Assembly: GCA_046153865.1 (NCBI GenBank)
Contig: JBJXFA010000068.1
Span: 16,557 to 80,556, forward strand
Source: Sphingomonadaceae bacterium
GTDB lineage: Bacteria; Pseudomonadota; Alphaproteobacteria; Sphingomonadales; Sphingomonadaceae
DNA length: 64,000 nt
Reading direction: 5' to 3'
Below the pieces are notes generated by a model, which made no database searches, was not told where the DNA came from, and saw nothing but the letters and a program-made list of their open reading frames with translations. The first letter of the stretch is position 1. Every line of letters starts with the position of its first letter. Position numbers and translations under genes: made by a program. Shown piece after piece: positions 18,464 through 27,078 of this stretch.

Positions 18464-20197
18464 ATGGACTCCGAACGCCGTGAACTGGCCGCACTTGACG
18501 AGTCTGTCGTGCTGGCCCCGCTGCCGCAACCAGCACCCGTTGCCGAGGCGGGGTTGCTCCTCCCTCCTGTCGCCATCGTGCCCGTACTCGCGCTGGGCGT
18601 CGCCGCATGTGGCGGCGGTGGCGCACCCACCGGGTCCGCGCCGCCGACGCCCCCGGCACCTCCGCCGCCGCCGGTTATCACCGGGGCCTCGGCCGGCCGC
18701 ATTCTCGCGCAAGGCACGATGGGCGCGACGCTGCCCGAGATCGAGAGCGTCAAGTCGCTCGGGTTTGCGGGCTGGGTCGGCGATCAGCTCGCCCGGCCGC
18801 GCGCCACGACCTTCTGGGACTGGCTGGTCGCGGGCGGTTACAACGTCACGGCAAACCGCGACAACACGACCGGCTTCGATCCGGCGGTCTGGAAGCAGCT
18901 CGTTTCGAGCCAGGATCAGCTGCGTCAACGCGTCGGCATGGCGCTGCTTGAAACGCTTGTGGTCGGTATCGACGGCATCAACCTCTCGTGGCGGCAGTTC
19001 GCGATGGCCGCCTATATGGATATCCTGTGGGACAACGCCTTCGGCAATTATCGCGACATTCTTGACAAGATTTCGACGAACGCGGCGATGGGTTCGTTCC
19101 TGACGTTCCTCGGCAACCGCAAGGCCAATGCCTCGTCGGGCTCGGTGCCCGATGAAAACTATGCGCGCGAGCTGCTGCAGCTGTTCACGCTGGGGCTTTA
19201 CCAGCTGAACCCTGACGGGACGCAGAAGCTGACCGGCGGCAATCCCACCGAAACCTACACCCAGGCCGATATCACCGGCCTTGCCCGCGTGTTCACCGGC
19301 TGGGTGGTCAACGGCAGCAACAACGATACGCCCGATCGCTACCGTCTGCCGATGATCCAGGATGCCGGCCGCCACGAGCTTGGCGTCAAGACCTTTCTTG
19401 GGACCACGATCGCGGCGGGCACCAACGGTGCCGACAGCCTGAAGGCGGCGCTCGACACGATCTTCGCACATCCCAACACCGCGCCGTTCGTGTCGCGGCA
19501 GCTCATCCAGCGCCTCGTTACGTCGAACCCGTCGCCCGCCTATGTCGGCCGCGTCGCAGCGGTTTTCGCCAACGATGGCGCGGGTGTGCGTGGCGACATG
19601 AAGGCGATCATTCGGGCCATCCTCCTCGACAGCGAGGCGCGCAACGATACTGCCGCGCAATCGAGCACCAGTTTCGGCAAGCTGCGCGAGCCGATCATGC
19701 GGATGACAAGCTGGGCCCGCGCGTTTGGCGCAACCTCGCCGTCGGACGCCTGGCCGATCGGCGACACGAGTTCGAGCTCGAACCGCCTTGCCCAGTCGCC
19801 GGGCAGGTCGGCGAGCGTGTTCAACTTTTTCCGCCCCGGCTACACCCCGCCGAATACCGCGATTGCCAACGCAAATCTCGTCGCGCCCGAATTCCAGATC
19901 ACCAACGAGCCCTCGGTCGTTGCCTATCTCAATTACATGCAGTCGCTGATGGTCAACGGCGCCGGGGACTTCAAGGCGGATTACACCAGCATCCTGACCA
20001 AGGCGGCGGACAGTCAGGCGCTGCTCGACGAGGTCAATCTCGTCCTTGCCGCCAATCAGGTCAGCGCCGCCACGATCGCGCAGATCAAGACCGCGGTGGA
20101 CAGCATCGCGACGGCAACGCCCGCCAATCTCTTGAGCAGGGTGTACACCGCGATCCTGCTGATCATGGCATCGCCTGAATATATTTCGCTGAAATAG
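18464..20197 (+). CDS. DUF1800 family lipoprotein
   Basis: LGVAAC lipobox, Pro linker, DQLRQRV, AMGSFL, PDENYARELLQLFTLG, GKLREP. Confidence 0.85.
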   Translation: MDSERRELAALDESVVLAPLPQPAPVAEAGLLLPPVAIVPVLALGVAACGGGGAPTGSAPPTPPAPPPPPVITGASAGRILAQGTMGATLPEIESVKSLGFAGWVGDQLARPRATTFWDWLVAGGYNVTANRDNTTGFDPAVWKQLVSSQDQLRQRVGMALLETLVVGIDGINLSWRQFAMAAYMDILWDNAFGNYRDILDKISTNAAMGSFLTFLGNRKANASSGSVPDENYARELLQLFTLGLYQLNPDGTQKLTGGNPTETYTQADITGLARVFTGWVVNGSNNDTPDRYRLPMIQDAGRHELGVKTFLGTTIAAGTNGADSLKAALDTIFAHPNTAPFVSRQLIQRLVTSNPSPAYVGRVAAVFANDGAGVRGDMKAIIRAILLDSEARNDTAAQSSTSFGKLREPIMRMTSWARAFGATSPSDAWPIGDTSSSSNRLAQSPGRSASVFNFFRPGYTPPNTAIANANLVAPEFQITNEPSVVAYLNYMQSLMVNGAGDFKADYTSILTKAADSQALLDEVNLVLAANQVSAATIAQIKTAVDSIATATPANLLSRVYTAILLIMASPEYISLK

Positions 20198-20207
20198 GAG
20201 CACGACG

Positions 20208-21581
20208 ATGAACTCAGACCAATCGCGCCGTGCGTTCCTAAAGCGCTCGGCAGTCCTCGGGATCGCCGGTGGCGCCGCCCCGCTCGTCACCAATCTTGCC
20301 TGTATCGGCGAAGCTGCCGCCGCGGTCGCCAGCGACTATAAGGCACTCGTCTGCATCTTCCTTTATGGCGGAAACGACTATGCCAATACGGTCACGCCCT
20401 ATGATCAGGCGAGCTATAACGCGTATGCGACGCTGCGCCCGAACCTGGCCTATGCGCGCCCCACGCTCGATCCGACGCTGTTGAACCCGACGACCGCGCT
20501 CCCCGGCGGGCGGCAATATGCGCTGGCCCCCGCGCTCGCGCCGATCATGCCGATTTTCAACGCAGGCAAGCTCGCCGTGGTCCTGAACCTCGGGACGCTG
20601 ATCCAGCCAACCACGAAGACGCAATATCAGGCGCGCAACGTGCCGCTGCCGCCCAAGCTCTTTTCGCACAACGACCAGCAATCCTATTTCCAGACCTCGA
20701 CCTCGACCGAAGGCGCGACTTCGGGATGGGGCGGGCGAATGGGCGATCTGCTGCAGGCGGGCAACGGCAATGCGACGCTGACCTGCATCAACGCGACGGG
20801 CAATGCGGTTTATCTGAGCGGGCGCACCGCAATTCAGTATAGCGTTTCGACCAATGGCCCGATCGCGCTGAACAACAACAGCTCGAGCCTGTTCGGTTCG
20901 GTCACGGCCAACAGCGTCCTGCGCTCGATGATCGCCGCACCGCGCACGCAGGTCTTCGAAAACGAGCATACCCGCGTCAGCAAGCGCTCGCTCGACGCCT
21001 ATGCCCAGGTCACAACCGCGCTGGCGGGCGCTCCGACAATCACGACACCGTTTCCCAGCGGCAACAATCTCGCCGATCAGCTCCGCGTCGTCGCGCGCAT
21101 GATCGCGGTCAGCAACGAACTCGGGGCCAAGCGCCAGGTGTTTTTCGTCGGCATGGGCGGCTTTGACAATCACGATACGCTGATGACCAACCATCCCTCG
21201 CTGCTTGCCCGGGTCGCGGCGGCCATGCGCGCCTTTTACGATACCACGGTCGAACTCGGCGTCGCCGACCGCGTGACGGCGTTCACCGGCTCCGATTTCG
21301 GGCGCACGCTGGTGAACAACACCGACGGTTCGGATCACGGCTGGGGCGGCATGCATTTCGTGATGGGCGGTGCGGTTCGCGGGCGGCAGTTCTACGGCGC
21401 GGCCCCGGTGGTTGCGAGCGACGGTCCCGACGATGTCGGCCAGGGCCGCCTGCTGCCGACCACTTCGGTCGATCAATATGCAGCAACCCTCGCGAACTGG
21501 TTCGGAGTCACCGATTCGCAGATGAGCACCGTCCTCCCCTCGATTACGAACTACTCGACGCGCAACCTCGGCTTCATTTAG
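20208..21581 (+). CDS. DUF1501 family Tat-exported protein
   Basis: SRRAFLK, YKALVC.FL.GGND, LFSHNDQQ, GGFDNH, SDFGRT, GSDHGWG. Confidence 0.87.
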   Translation: MNSDQSRRAFLKRSAVLGIAGGAAPLVTNLACIGEAAAAVASDYKALVCIFLYGGNDYANTVTPYDQASYNAYATLRPNLAYARPTLDPTLLNPTTALPGGRQYALAPALAPIMPIFNAGKLAVVLNLGTLIQPTTKTQYQARNVPLPPKLFSHNDQQSYFQTSTSTEGATSGWGGRMGDLLQAGNGNATLTCINATGNAVYLSGRTAIQYSVSTNGPIALNNNSSSLFGSVTANSVLRSMIAAPRTQVFENEHTRVSKRSLDAYAQVTTALAGAPTITTPFPSGNNLADQLRVVARMIAVSNELGAKRQVFFVGMGGFDNHDTLMTNHPSLLARVAAAMRAFYDTTVELGVADRVTAFTGSDFGRTLVNNTDGSDHGWGGMHFVMGGAVRGRQFYGAAPVVASDGPDDVGQGRLLPTTSVDQYAATLANWFGVTDSQMSTVLPSITNYSTRNLGFI

Positions 21582-21609
21582 AGACTGCCCCCCTGACAAC
21601 GGGGGTGCC

Positions 21610-22689
21610 ATGCGTTTTCTGATCCCGATCGCGCTGCTGTGTGCAGTGCCGGCCTTCGCGGCCACCGAGCGCGCCGGCGATATCGTCGATGGCACGCCGG
21701 TCGTCGACCGGCTCGACGTGCGCGATCTGGATGCGGGGCAGGTGCACCGCTTCTGGTTTCGCGCGGGCGATACGGCGGCCGGGCAGGGCTGGTATGTTCC
21801 TGTGATCGTCGTGCGCGGCGCGCAGCCAGGGCCGCGCCTGATGCTGACGGCGGGGGTGCACGGCGATGAGCTGAGCGGCATCGCCGTCCTTCACCGCCTT
21901 GCCGAAAGCGTGTCGCCCGCGAACCTTGCCGGAACGCTGGTGATGATCCCCGGCCTCAACACGCCGGGCCTGCTCAATCAGACCCGCGGTTTCACACCGG
22001 GGTTCGGCGTTGACGACAATCTCAACCGGCTGATGCCCGGCGATGAAAAGGCGACCGATCCGGCCAAGCGCTATGCCGGGCGGCTGTGGCACCGGCTGAT
22101 GCGGCCCAATGCCGATCTGCTCGTCGATCTCCATACCCAGTCGCGCGGCACTGCCTATCCGATGTATGCCTTTGTCGAGACAAAGGCGGCGCGCGCCATC
22201 GCCGAGCAGTTCGCGCCCGACATCATCAAGCTCGACACCGGCGAAAAGGGCACGATCGAAAACGAGATGAACCGCGCAGGCGTGCCCGCGATCACGCTCG
22301 AGCTCGGTCGGCCCGAGGTTTTTGACGAAACGATGATCGCGCGGGCCGTTGATGGTGCGAAGCGGCTGATGGTGGCGCAAAAGATGCTGCCCGCTGACAC
22401 GCCGCTGGCGATCGCAGTCAGCACGCCGTTCGTCGCCAACAGCATCATGCCCGTGCGCACCACGCGCGGCGGTTATGCCACGCTCGCGGTCGCGCTCGGG
22501 GACGATGTTACCGCAGGGCAGCTGCTCGCGACTGTCACCGATCCGTTCGGCCGCGCGATCGAGCGCATCGTCGCGCCGCGCGGCGGCCGGATCGGGACGA
22601 TCGCCACCGATCCGACGCGCGAGGCCGGCGACATGGTGGTGCGCATCGTCTGGGCGTCGGACGATCCCAAATGCGCGGCGGGCTGCTGA
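21610..22689 (+). CDS. Succinylglutamate desuccinylase/aspartoacylase (M14) family exported enzyme
   Basis: Signal peptide, GVHGDE, NLNR..PG, VDLHT, TLELG, C-terminal biotinyl-like domain. Confidence 0.85.
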   Translation: MRFLIPIALLCAVPAFAATERAGDIVDGTPVVDRLDVRDLDAGQVHRFWFRAGDTAAGQGWYVPVIVVRGAQPGPRLMLTAGVHGDELSGIAVLHRLAESVSPANLAGTLVMIPGLNTPGLLNQTRGFTPGFGVDDNLNRLMPGDEKATDPAKRYAGRLWHRLMRPNADLLVDLHTQSRGTAYPMYAFVETKAARAIAEQFAPDIIKLDTGEKGTIENEMNRAGVPAITLELGRPEVFDETMIARAVDGAKRLMVAQKMLPADTPLAIAVSTPFVANSIMPVRTTRGGYATLAVALGDDVTAGQLLATVTDPFGRAIERIVAPRGGRIGTIATDPTREAGDMVVRIVWASDDPKCAAGC

Positions 22690-22701
22690 CGGGGTTGAGG
22701 G

Positions 22702-22719
22702 TGTCCAGTTGCTGTGACA
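22702..22719. promoter_or_regulatory. PpsR operator upstream of bchI
   Basis: TGT-CCAGTTGCTGTG-ACA (TGT-N12-ACA). Confidence 0.8.
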
Positions 22720-22731
22720 CTATAGCTTGAC

Positions 22732-23670
22732 ATGCGCGTTCCCTTCCCGTTTTCCGCGATCGTTTCCCAGGACGAAATGAAGCAGGCGCTGCTGATTGCG
22801 GCAGTCGATGCGCGGATCGGCGGTGTGATGGTGTTCGGCGATCGCGGCACAGGCAAGTCGACCGCCGTGCGCGCGCTCGCCGCGCTGTTGCCGCCGATCG
22901 TGGGCGACGACGGCAAGAAGCGCGCGGTGCCCTTCGTCGATCTGCCGCTCGGCGCGACCGAGGACCGCGTGGTCGGCGCGCTCGATATCGAACGCGCGCT
23001 CGTCGCGGGCGAAAAAGCGTTCGAGCCGGGGCTGCTCGCCAAGGCCGATCGGGGCTTTCTCTACATCGACGAGGTCAATCTGCTCGAAGACCATATCGTC
23101 GATCTGTTGCTCGATGTCGCGGCGTCAGGCGAAAACGTCGTCGAGCGCGAAGGGCTGAGCGTGCGCCACCCGGCGCGCTTCGTACTGGTCGGCAGTGGCA
23201 ATCCCGAAGAGGGCGAACTCCGCCCGCAATTGCTCGATCGCTTCGGGCTGTCGGTCGAGGTGCGCACGCCGCAGGATCTGGATATACGCGTCGAAATTCT
23301 CAAGCGCTGCGATGCGTTCGAGCGCGATGCGACGGGTTTTGCCGCGACTTGGGCCAAGGCCGAAGCCAAGGCCCTCAAGAGCATCGCCAAGGCGCGCGCG
23401 CTGCTCCCCGACATCGCCGTGTCCGATGCGATCATGCGCCGCGCCTCTGAATTGTGCATGGCCGTAGGCGCGGATGGCTTGCGCGGCGAACTGACGCTGA
23501 TCCGCGCCGCCCGTGCGACAGCCGCGCTCGCGGGTAAGCACGACGTCACCGAGAAGCACCTCGCCGCAATCGCGCCGATGGCGCTGCGTCACCGCCTGCG
23601 CCGCAACGTGCTCGACGAGACCGGCTCGACCGCGCGGATCGAGCGTGCATTGGCCGAGCTGTTCGCATGA
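22732..23670 (+). CDS. bchI: Magnesium chelatase subunit I
   Basis: GDRGTGKST, DLPLGATEDRVVG, LYIDEVNLL, GSGNPEEGELRPQLLDRFG. Confidence 0.95.
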   Translation: MRVPFPFSAIVSQDEMKQALLIAAVDARIGGVMVFGDRGTGKSTAVRALAALLPPIVGDDGKKRAVPFVDLPLGATEDRVVGALDIERALVAGEKAFEPGLLAKADRGFLYIDEVNLLEDHIVDLLLDVAASGENVVEREGLSVRHPARFVLVGSGNPEEGELRPQLLDRFGLSVEVRTPQDLDIRVEILKRCDAFERDATGFAATWAKAEAKALKSIAKARALLPDIAVSDAIMRRASELCMAVGADGLRGELTLIRAARATAALAGKHDVTEKHLAAIAPMALRHRLRRNVLDETGSTARIERALAELFA

Positions 23671-25178
23671 CTGACGCCGAGATCGCAGGCGAGTTGCTCG
23701 CCATCGATCCAGCGGGGCTGGGAGGGATGATCGTTCGCGGCGATCCGGCGGCGCTGCTTGCCGGGCTTGGTCAAGCCCTGCCGCTGCGGCGGCTACCGTC
23801 GCACATCGATCACGATCGGCTGCACGGTGGCCTCGATCTCACCGCGACGCTCGCGACTGGGCGCCCGGTCCTGCAGGCCGGGCTCATCGCGCAAGCCAGC
23901 GGCGGCGCGCTGGTCGTCCCCATGGCCGAGCGGATTGCGCCCGAGACGGCAGGAGCGCTGGCCGCTGCGCTCGATGCGGGGACGGTTGCGGTGATCCTGC
24001 TCGACAGCGGAGTCGAGGGCGAAGCGGTAGCCACAACACTGTCCGAGCGCGTTGCGTTCATCGTCGATGTAGGTGCGCCCCCGGTCTCCAGTCAGGGCTG
24101 CGATGCTCCGGGCGATCCGCTCGAAACCCTCGTCCACACCGCCGCCGCGCTCGGCATCGCTTCGACCCGCGCGTCGCTGTTCGCCTTGCGGGCAGCCCGG
24201 GCCGCCGCGAAACGCGACGGGCGCGATACGATCACCGGCGAGGACATCGCGCTCGCCATCCGGCTGGTGCTCGTCCCCCGCGCGACGCAGTGGCCCGATG
24301 CTGCGCCGAATGAGGCGTCCGCGCCCCCGACCGCGAGCGCCGGCGAAAGTCAGGGCGCGCTTGCCGATGTCGTGCTGGCGGCGATCAAGGCGACTCTCCC
24401 TGCCGATGCCATTGCCGCGATCGTCGCGCGCAATCAGAAGGCGCGGGCGCAGGGGCGCGGCAAGGGTGCCCGCCGCCGTGCGCGCCATCACGGTCGACCG
24501 GTTGGGTCAGTCGCGGGATTGCCGCGCGGCGGCGCGAGGCTCGCGCTGATCGCCACCTTGCGCGCCGCCGCGCCATGGCAGGCGGTGCGCGGACGGACCG
24601 GTCGCATTCTGATCCGCCGCGACGATCTGCGCATCCGCCGTTTCCAGAACCGTTCCGAGACGACCACGATCTTCGCTGTCGATGCCAGCGGTTCGGCGGC
24701 GGCGGCGCGCATGGCCGAGGCCAAAGGCGCGGTCGAGTTGCTGCTGACGCGCGCCTATTCGCAACGCGCGCAGGTCGCGCTCGTAGCGTTTCGCGGCGAG
24801 GGGGCCGAAGTGCTGCTCCCGCCCACCCGATCGCTTACCCGTGCCCGCCGTTTGCTGGCCGAGCTGCCCGGCGGCGGCGGCACGCCCCTGGCGGCGGGGC
24901 TGGCGACGGCGCGGACGCTGGCGCTGGCCGAACGCGCGCGGGACCGGACGCCGAGCCTCGTCGTGCTGACTGACGGGCGCGGTAACGTCCCTGGCAATTC
25001 GGCCCAAAGTGACGCGCTGGCCGCCGGCCGCGCCATCGCGCATGACGGGCTTTCAGCCACGCTCATCGACATTTCGGCGCGCCCGCGCGACGAGGGCCGC
25101 GCGCTCGCTGCCGCGATGGCCGGGCGCTATGTCGCCTTGCCGCGCGCCGATGCGAACGCGCTAAGCGCCGCGCTGTGA
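23667..25178 (+). CDS. bchD: Magnesium chelatase subunit D
   Basis: Degenerate AAA N-terminus, RLALIATLRAAAPWQ, VDASGS MIDAS, GGGTPLA, TDGRGN. Confidence 0.9.
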   Translation: MTDAEIAGELLAIDPAGLGGMIVRGDPAALLAGLGQALPLRRLPSHIDHDRLHGGLDLTATLATGRPVLQAGLIAQASGGALVVPMAERIAPETAGALAAALDAGTVAVILLDSGVEGEAVATTLSERVAFIVDVGAPPVSSQGCDAPGDPLETLVHTAAALGIASTRASLFALRAARAAAKRDGRDTITGEDIALAIRLVLVPRATQWPDAAPNEASAPPTASAGESQGALADVVLAAIKATLPADAIAAIVARNQKARAQGRGKGARRRARHHGRPVGSVAGLPRGGARLALIATLRAAAPWQAVRGRTGRILIRRDDLRIRRFQNRSETTTIFAVDASGSAAAARMAEAKGAVELLLTRAYSQRAQVALVAFRGEGAEVLLPPTRSLTRARRLLAELPGGGGTPLAAGLATARTLALAERARDRTPSLVVLTDGRGNVPGNSAQSDALAAGRAIAHDGLSATLIDISARPRDEGRALAAAMAGRYVALPRADANALSAAL

Positions 25179-26068
25179 GCGATCGCCCGGATTGGGACCG
25201 CGAGGGGGCCGACTGGCCCAACCGCGCTGCGAGCCGCTTCGTCAAGGCGGCGGGCTTGACATTGCATGTGCAAATCATGGGGGCTGGCCCGGCGCTGCTG
25301 CTGCTCCACGGAACCGGCGCGGCGACGCATAGCTGGCGCGCGCTGATGCCGCTGCTTGCCGAGGGCTTCACCGTGATCGCGCCCGATCTGCCCGGTCACG
25401 GGTTCACGCGCGGTGTTTTGGCAGATGGCGCGACGCTCCCCAGCGTCGCGCGCGGCGTCGCGGCACTGATGACGGCACTTGAGGTCAATCCCGCGGTCAT
25501 CGTCGGTCATTCGGCAGGCGCTGCCATCGCGATCCGCATGGCGCTTGACAGGCTAGCAGCCCCGCGCGCGCTCGTTGGCCTGTCGGCGGCGTTGCTGCCG
25601 TTTCCGGGCCTTGCCGCACAGCTGTTCCCGACGCTTGCCAAGCTTTTGTTTCTCAATCCCTTTGCGCCGCATATCTTCGCGCGCATGGCGCAATCGCCGG
25701 GCGAAGTCGGCCGCTTCCTGCCGCGCGCTACCGGTTCGACCATCGATGCCGCAGGGGTGGCGAGCTATGCGCGTCTGTTCGCCAAAGCGGGTCATATCCG
25801 TGGCACGATCTCGATGATGGCATCATGGGACCTTGACGCCCTCAAGCGCGATCTCCCGCGCCTCACCGTCCCCCTCCTCCTCGCGCACGGCGAACGCGAT
25901 TCAGCGATTCCAATTGCGACAGTGCGCGACGCCACGGCGCTTATCCCCGGTGCCCGTTTCGAAAGCCTCGGAGACCTTGGCCATCTGGCGCATGAGGAGC
26001 GGCCCGATCTGGTGGCAGCGCTGATCGCAAAAACGGTTGGAGAGGTGCAATGCAATATCTCGGCCTGA
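25175..26068 (+). CDS. bchO: Alpha/beta hydrolase BchO
   Basis: WPNR..SRFV, LLHGTGAATHSW, GHSAG, HLAHEE; follows bchD. Confidence 0.92.
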   Translation: MSDRPDWDREGADWPNRAASRFVKAAGLTLHVQIMGAGPALLLLHGTGAATHSWRALMPLLAEGFTVIAPDLPGHGFTRGVLADGATLPSVARGVAALMTALEVNPAVIVGHSAGAAIAIRMALDRLAAPRALVGLSAALLPFPGLAAQLFPTLAKLLFLNPFAPHIFARMAQSPGEVGRFLPRATGSTIDAAGVASYARLFAKAGHIRGTISMMASWDLDALKRDLPRLTVPLLLAHGERDSAIPIATVRDATALIPGARFESLGDLGHLAHEERPDLVAALIAKTVGEVQCNISA

Positions 26069-26208
26069 TCGAACTCCTCGGCATCTTCGGGATCGTGCTT
26101 GGCTTTTGCGCTTGGCAATGGTGGACCACGCGACCCGCCGCCCGAGCGCGCGATTTAGCGGAAAGCGCGCGGCATGCGGAACGGGAGCATCCACTGGACG
26201 AGGGGTGA
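26050..26208 (+). CDS. Putative 52-aa single-TM small protein
   Basis: GGAGAGG RBS then ATG26050; MQYLGLIELLGIFGIVLGFCAWQWWTTR.. hydrophobic helix; below ORF-track cutoff. Confidence 0.5.
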   Translation: MQYLGLIELLGIFGIVLGFCAWQWWTTRPAARARDLAESARHAEREHPLDEG

Positions 26209-27078
26209 CACGAAGCGGTCCATCGCAAGGCTCTCGTGGACGGCATCGACGCGCTCGCCGTAGAGTTCGGTCGTCAGCGCCGAGCGTGCGTAGAAGGGCG
26301 CGTTTTCCCAGGTCTTGACGAGCTTGACGCCCGTTCCGCGCGTGCGGCGGTTCATTCGGAAGCCGGTCTTGGGCAACATTGCGGAGGGTGGCAGCGGGGC
26401 GTCGTGCCAGTTGCCCGCGCGGTCGAAGCGCAGCGCCATGGCGAAGTCGGTGCCGTCGCGGCGCTCGCCTTCGTAGATCACGGCGACATCGTCCTTGAGA
26501 TGCGCGCGTGACCAGTGCCAGTCGCGAAAGCCCGCCTCGAGCGGCTCCTGCCCGAAGTTCGAATCAAAATAGCCGCTGCCGCGCCACGACAGATCGGGGG
26601 CGGTCATGTCGACTTCGACCGCTGCGCGCGGGGCGATCGGATGCCAGAGGTGGCGTGCTCCGTCTGAGAGCGCAAAGGCGGTGCCGTTGAGCAATTCGGG
26701 AGTGAGCCGCACCTGGCCGCGCACCGCGCGCGGGATCGGTGCGGCGCGCTCGGCAATGTCGATCACCAGCGCATTGCCGTCCCAGCGCATCGCGCTCGGG
26801 CCGATTGCGAGCGTATCGGGCGTGCGCATGAGCGATCCGCGCCGTCGCTCGGTCATCGTCCAGCGGCTCCCGCGCGGCCCGTAAAGCGCCACGTTGATGC
26901 TGGCATGGTTCTCGGGATCGCCGCGTCCGCTTGCCTTGTAATAGGGCGAGAAGACGCTGCCCACGAAGCCGATGATCGTCAGCCCGAAGCGATGGTCGGC
27001 GCTGATCGCGTCGACATACCACCAGCCATAGCCACCGGGTGGAACGACCGTGTCGAAGCGAGGTCCGCGATAAGGCAC
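26155..27078 (-). CDS. crtC: Carotenoid 1,2-hydratase (start uncertain)
   Basis: PRFD..VPPGGYGWWYVDAIS, FVGSVFSPYY, GYFDSN, PFYARS, QWMLPFRMPR; in-frame GTG at 27078. Confidence 0.9.
   Translation of the reverse strand: MPYRGPRFDTVVPPGGYGWWYVDAISADHRFGLTIIGFVGSVFSPYYKASGRGDPENHASINVALYGPRGSRWTMTERRRGSLMRTPDTLAIGPSAMRWDGNALVIDIAERAAPIPRAVRGQVRLTPELLNGTAFALSDGARHLWHPIAPRAAVEVDMTAPDLSWRGSGYFDSNFGQEPLEAGFRDWHWSRAHLKDDVAVIYEGERRDGTDFAMALRFDRAGNWHDAPLPPSAMLPKTGFRMNRRTRGTGVKLVKTWENAPFYARSALTTELYGERVDAVHESLAMDRFVSPLVQWMLPFRMPRAFR

Noticed and set aside
26979-27078. About 100-bp same-strand overlap of crtD and crtC
   Set aside because: A recurrent arrangement in purple-bacterial clusters and the crtC start is uncertain, so it is not novel
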